Source: Mytilus trossulus (Eukaryota). Taken from it: 64,000 nucleotides of DNA. The stretch spans positions 85,064,001 through 85,128,000 of the forward strand of contig NC_086379.1 of NCBI RefSeq assembly GCF_036588685.1. The letters run 5' to 3'. Position 1 is the first letter of the stretch; every line of letters starts with the position of its first letter. The notes under the pieces are model-generated. The model made no database searches and had not been told where the DNA came from. It was given only the letters and a program-made list of their open reading frames with translations. Made by a program: the position numbers and the translations under genes. Below, in pieces: positions 63,600 to 64,000 of the stretch.

Positions 63600-64000
63600 T
63601 CCAAACAAGACCTACATTATTTTAACATTATGATCAGCCAAACCAGATCTACAAATAAGTTAACATTATGATTAGCCATACAAGATCTAATGATAAATTA
63701 ACATTATGATCAGCTAAACCAGATCTACAAATAAATTACCATTATGATCAGCCAAACAAGATCTACAAGTACATTACCATTGTGGTCAGCCAAACAAGAT
63801 CTACAAGTAAATTACCATTGTGGTCAGCCAAATAAGATCTACAAGTAAATTACCATTGTGGTCAGCCAAATAAGATCTACAAGTAAATTACCTTTGTGAT
63901 CAGCCAAACAAGAGCTACAAGTAAATTACCATTATGATCAGTCAAACAAGACCTACAAGTAAATTACCATTATGATCATCAAAACAAGATCTACAAGTAA
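63600..64000. repeat. 38-bp minisatellite running off the window
   Basis: attatgatcagccaaacaagatctacaagtaaattacc; period 38. Confidence 0.93.

Overview
AT-rich metazoan genomic DNA with spliceosomal introns; the dispersed repeats look bivalve/Mytilus-like (inference). Two conserved genes sit head-to-head with 254 bp between start codons. SMG1 (minus strand) has its first 14 coding exons at 14501 down to <1 and runs off the window. NOL11 (plus strand) is complete: 16 coding exons, 14756..46717, about 633 aa, with one U12-type intron. Two uncharacterised minus-strand ORFs follow (51497..52552, 59229..~60241). The window also holds many MITEs/decayed DNA transposons (Tc1, pogo-, hAT-, piggyBac-, PIF-, Mutator-, Helentron-like), several of them nested, and two 5'-truncated LINEs. 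The most striking pattern is that many intronic minisatellites are amplified exon/intron junctions: copy 1 is the real exon end plus its GT donor, and up to ~58 copies run into the downstream intron. This is seen at 7 donor sites (6 in NOL11, 1 in SMG1), at one SMG1 acceptor, and as decayed relics at 3 more exons. The long track ORFs at 31.7-37.8 kb are satellite artefacts.
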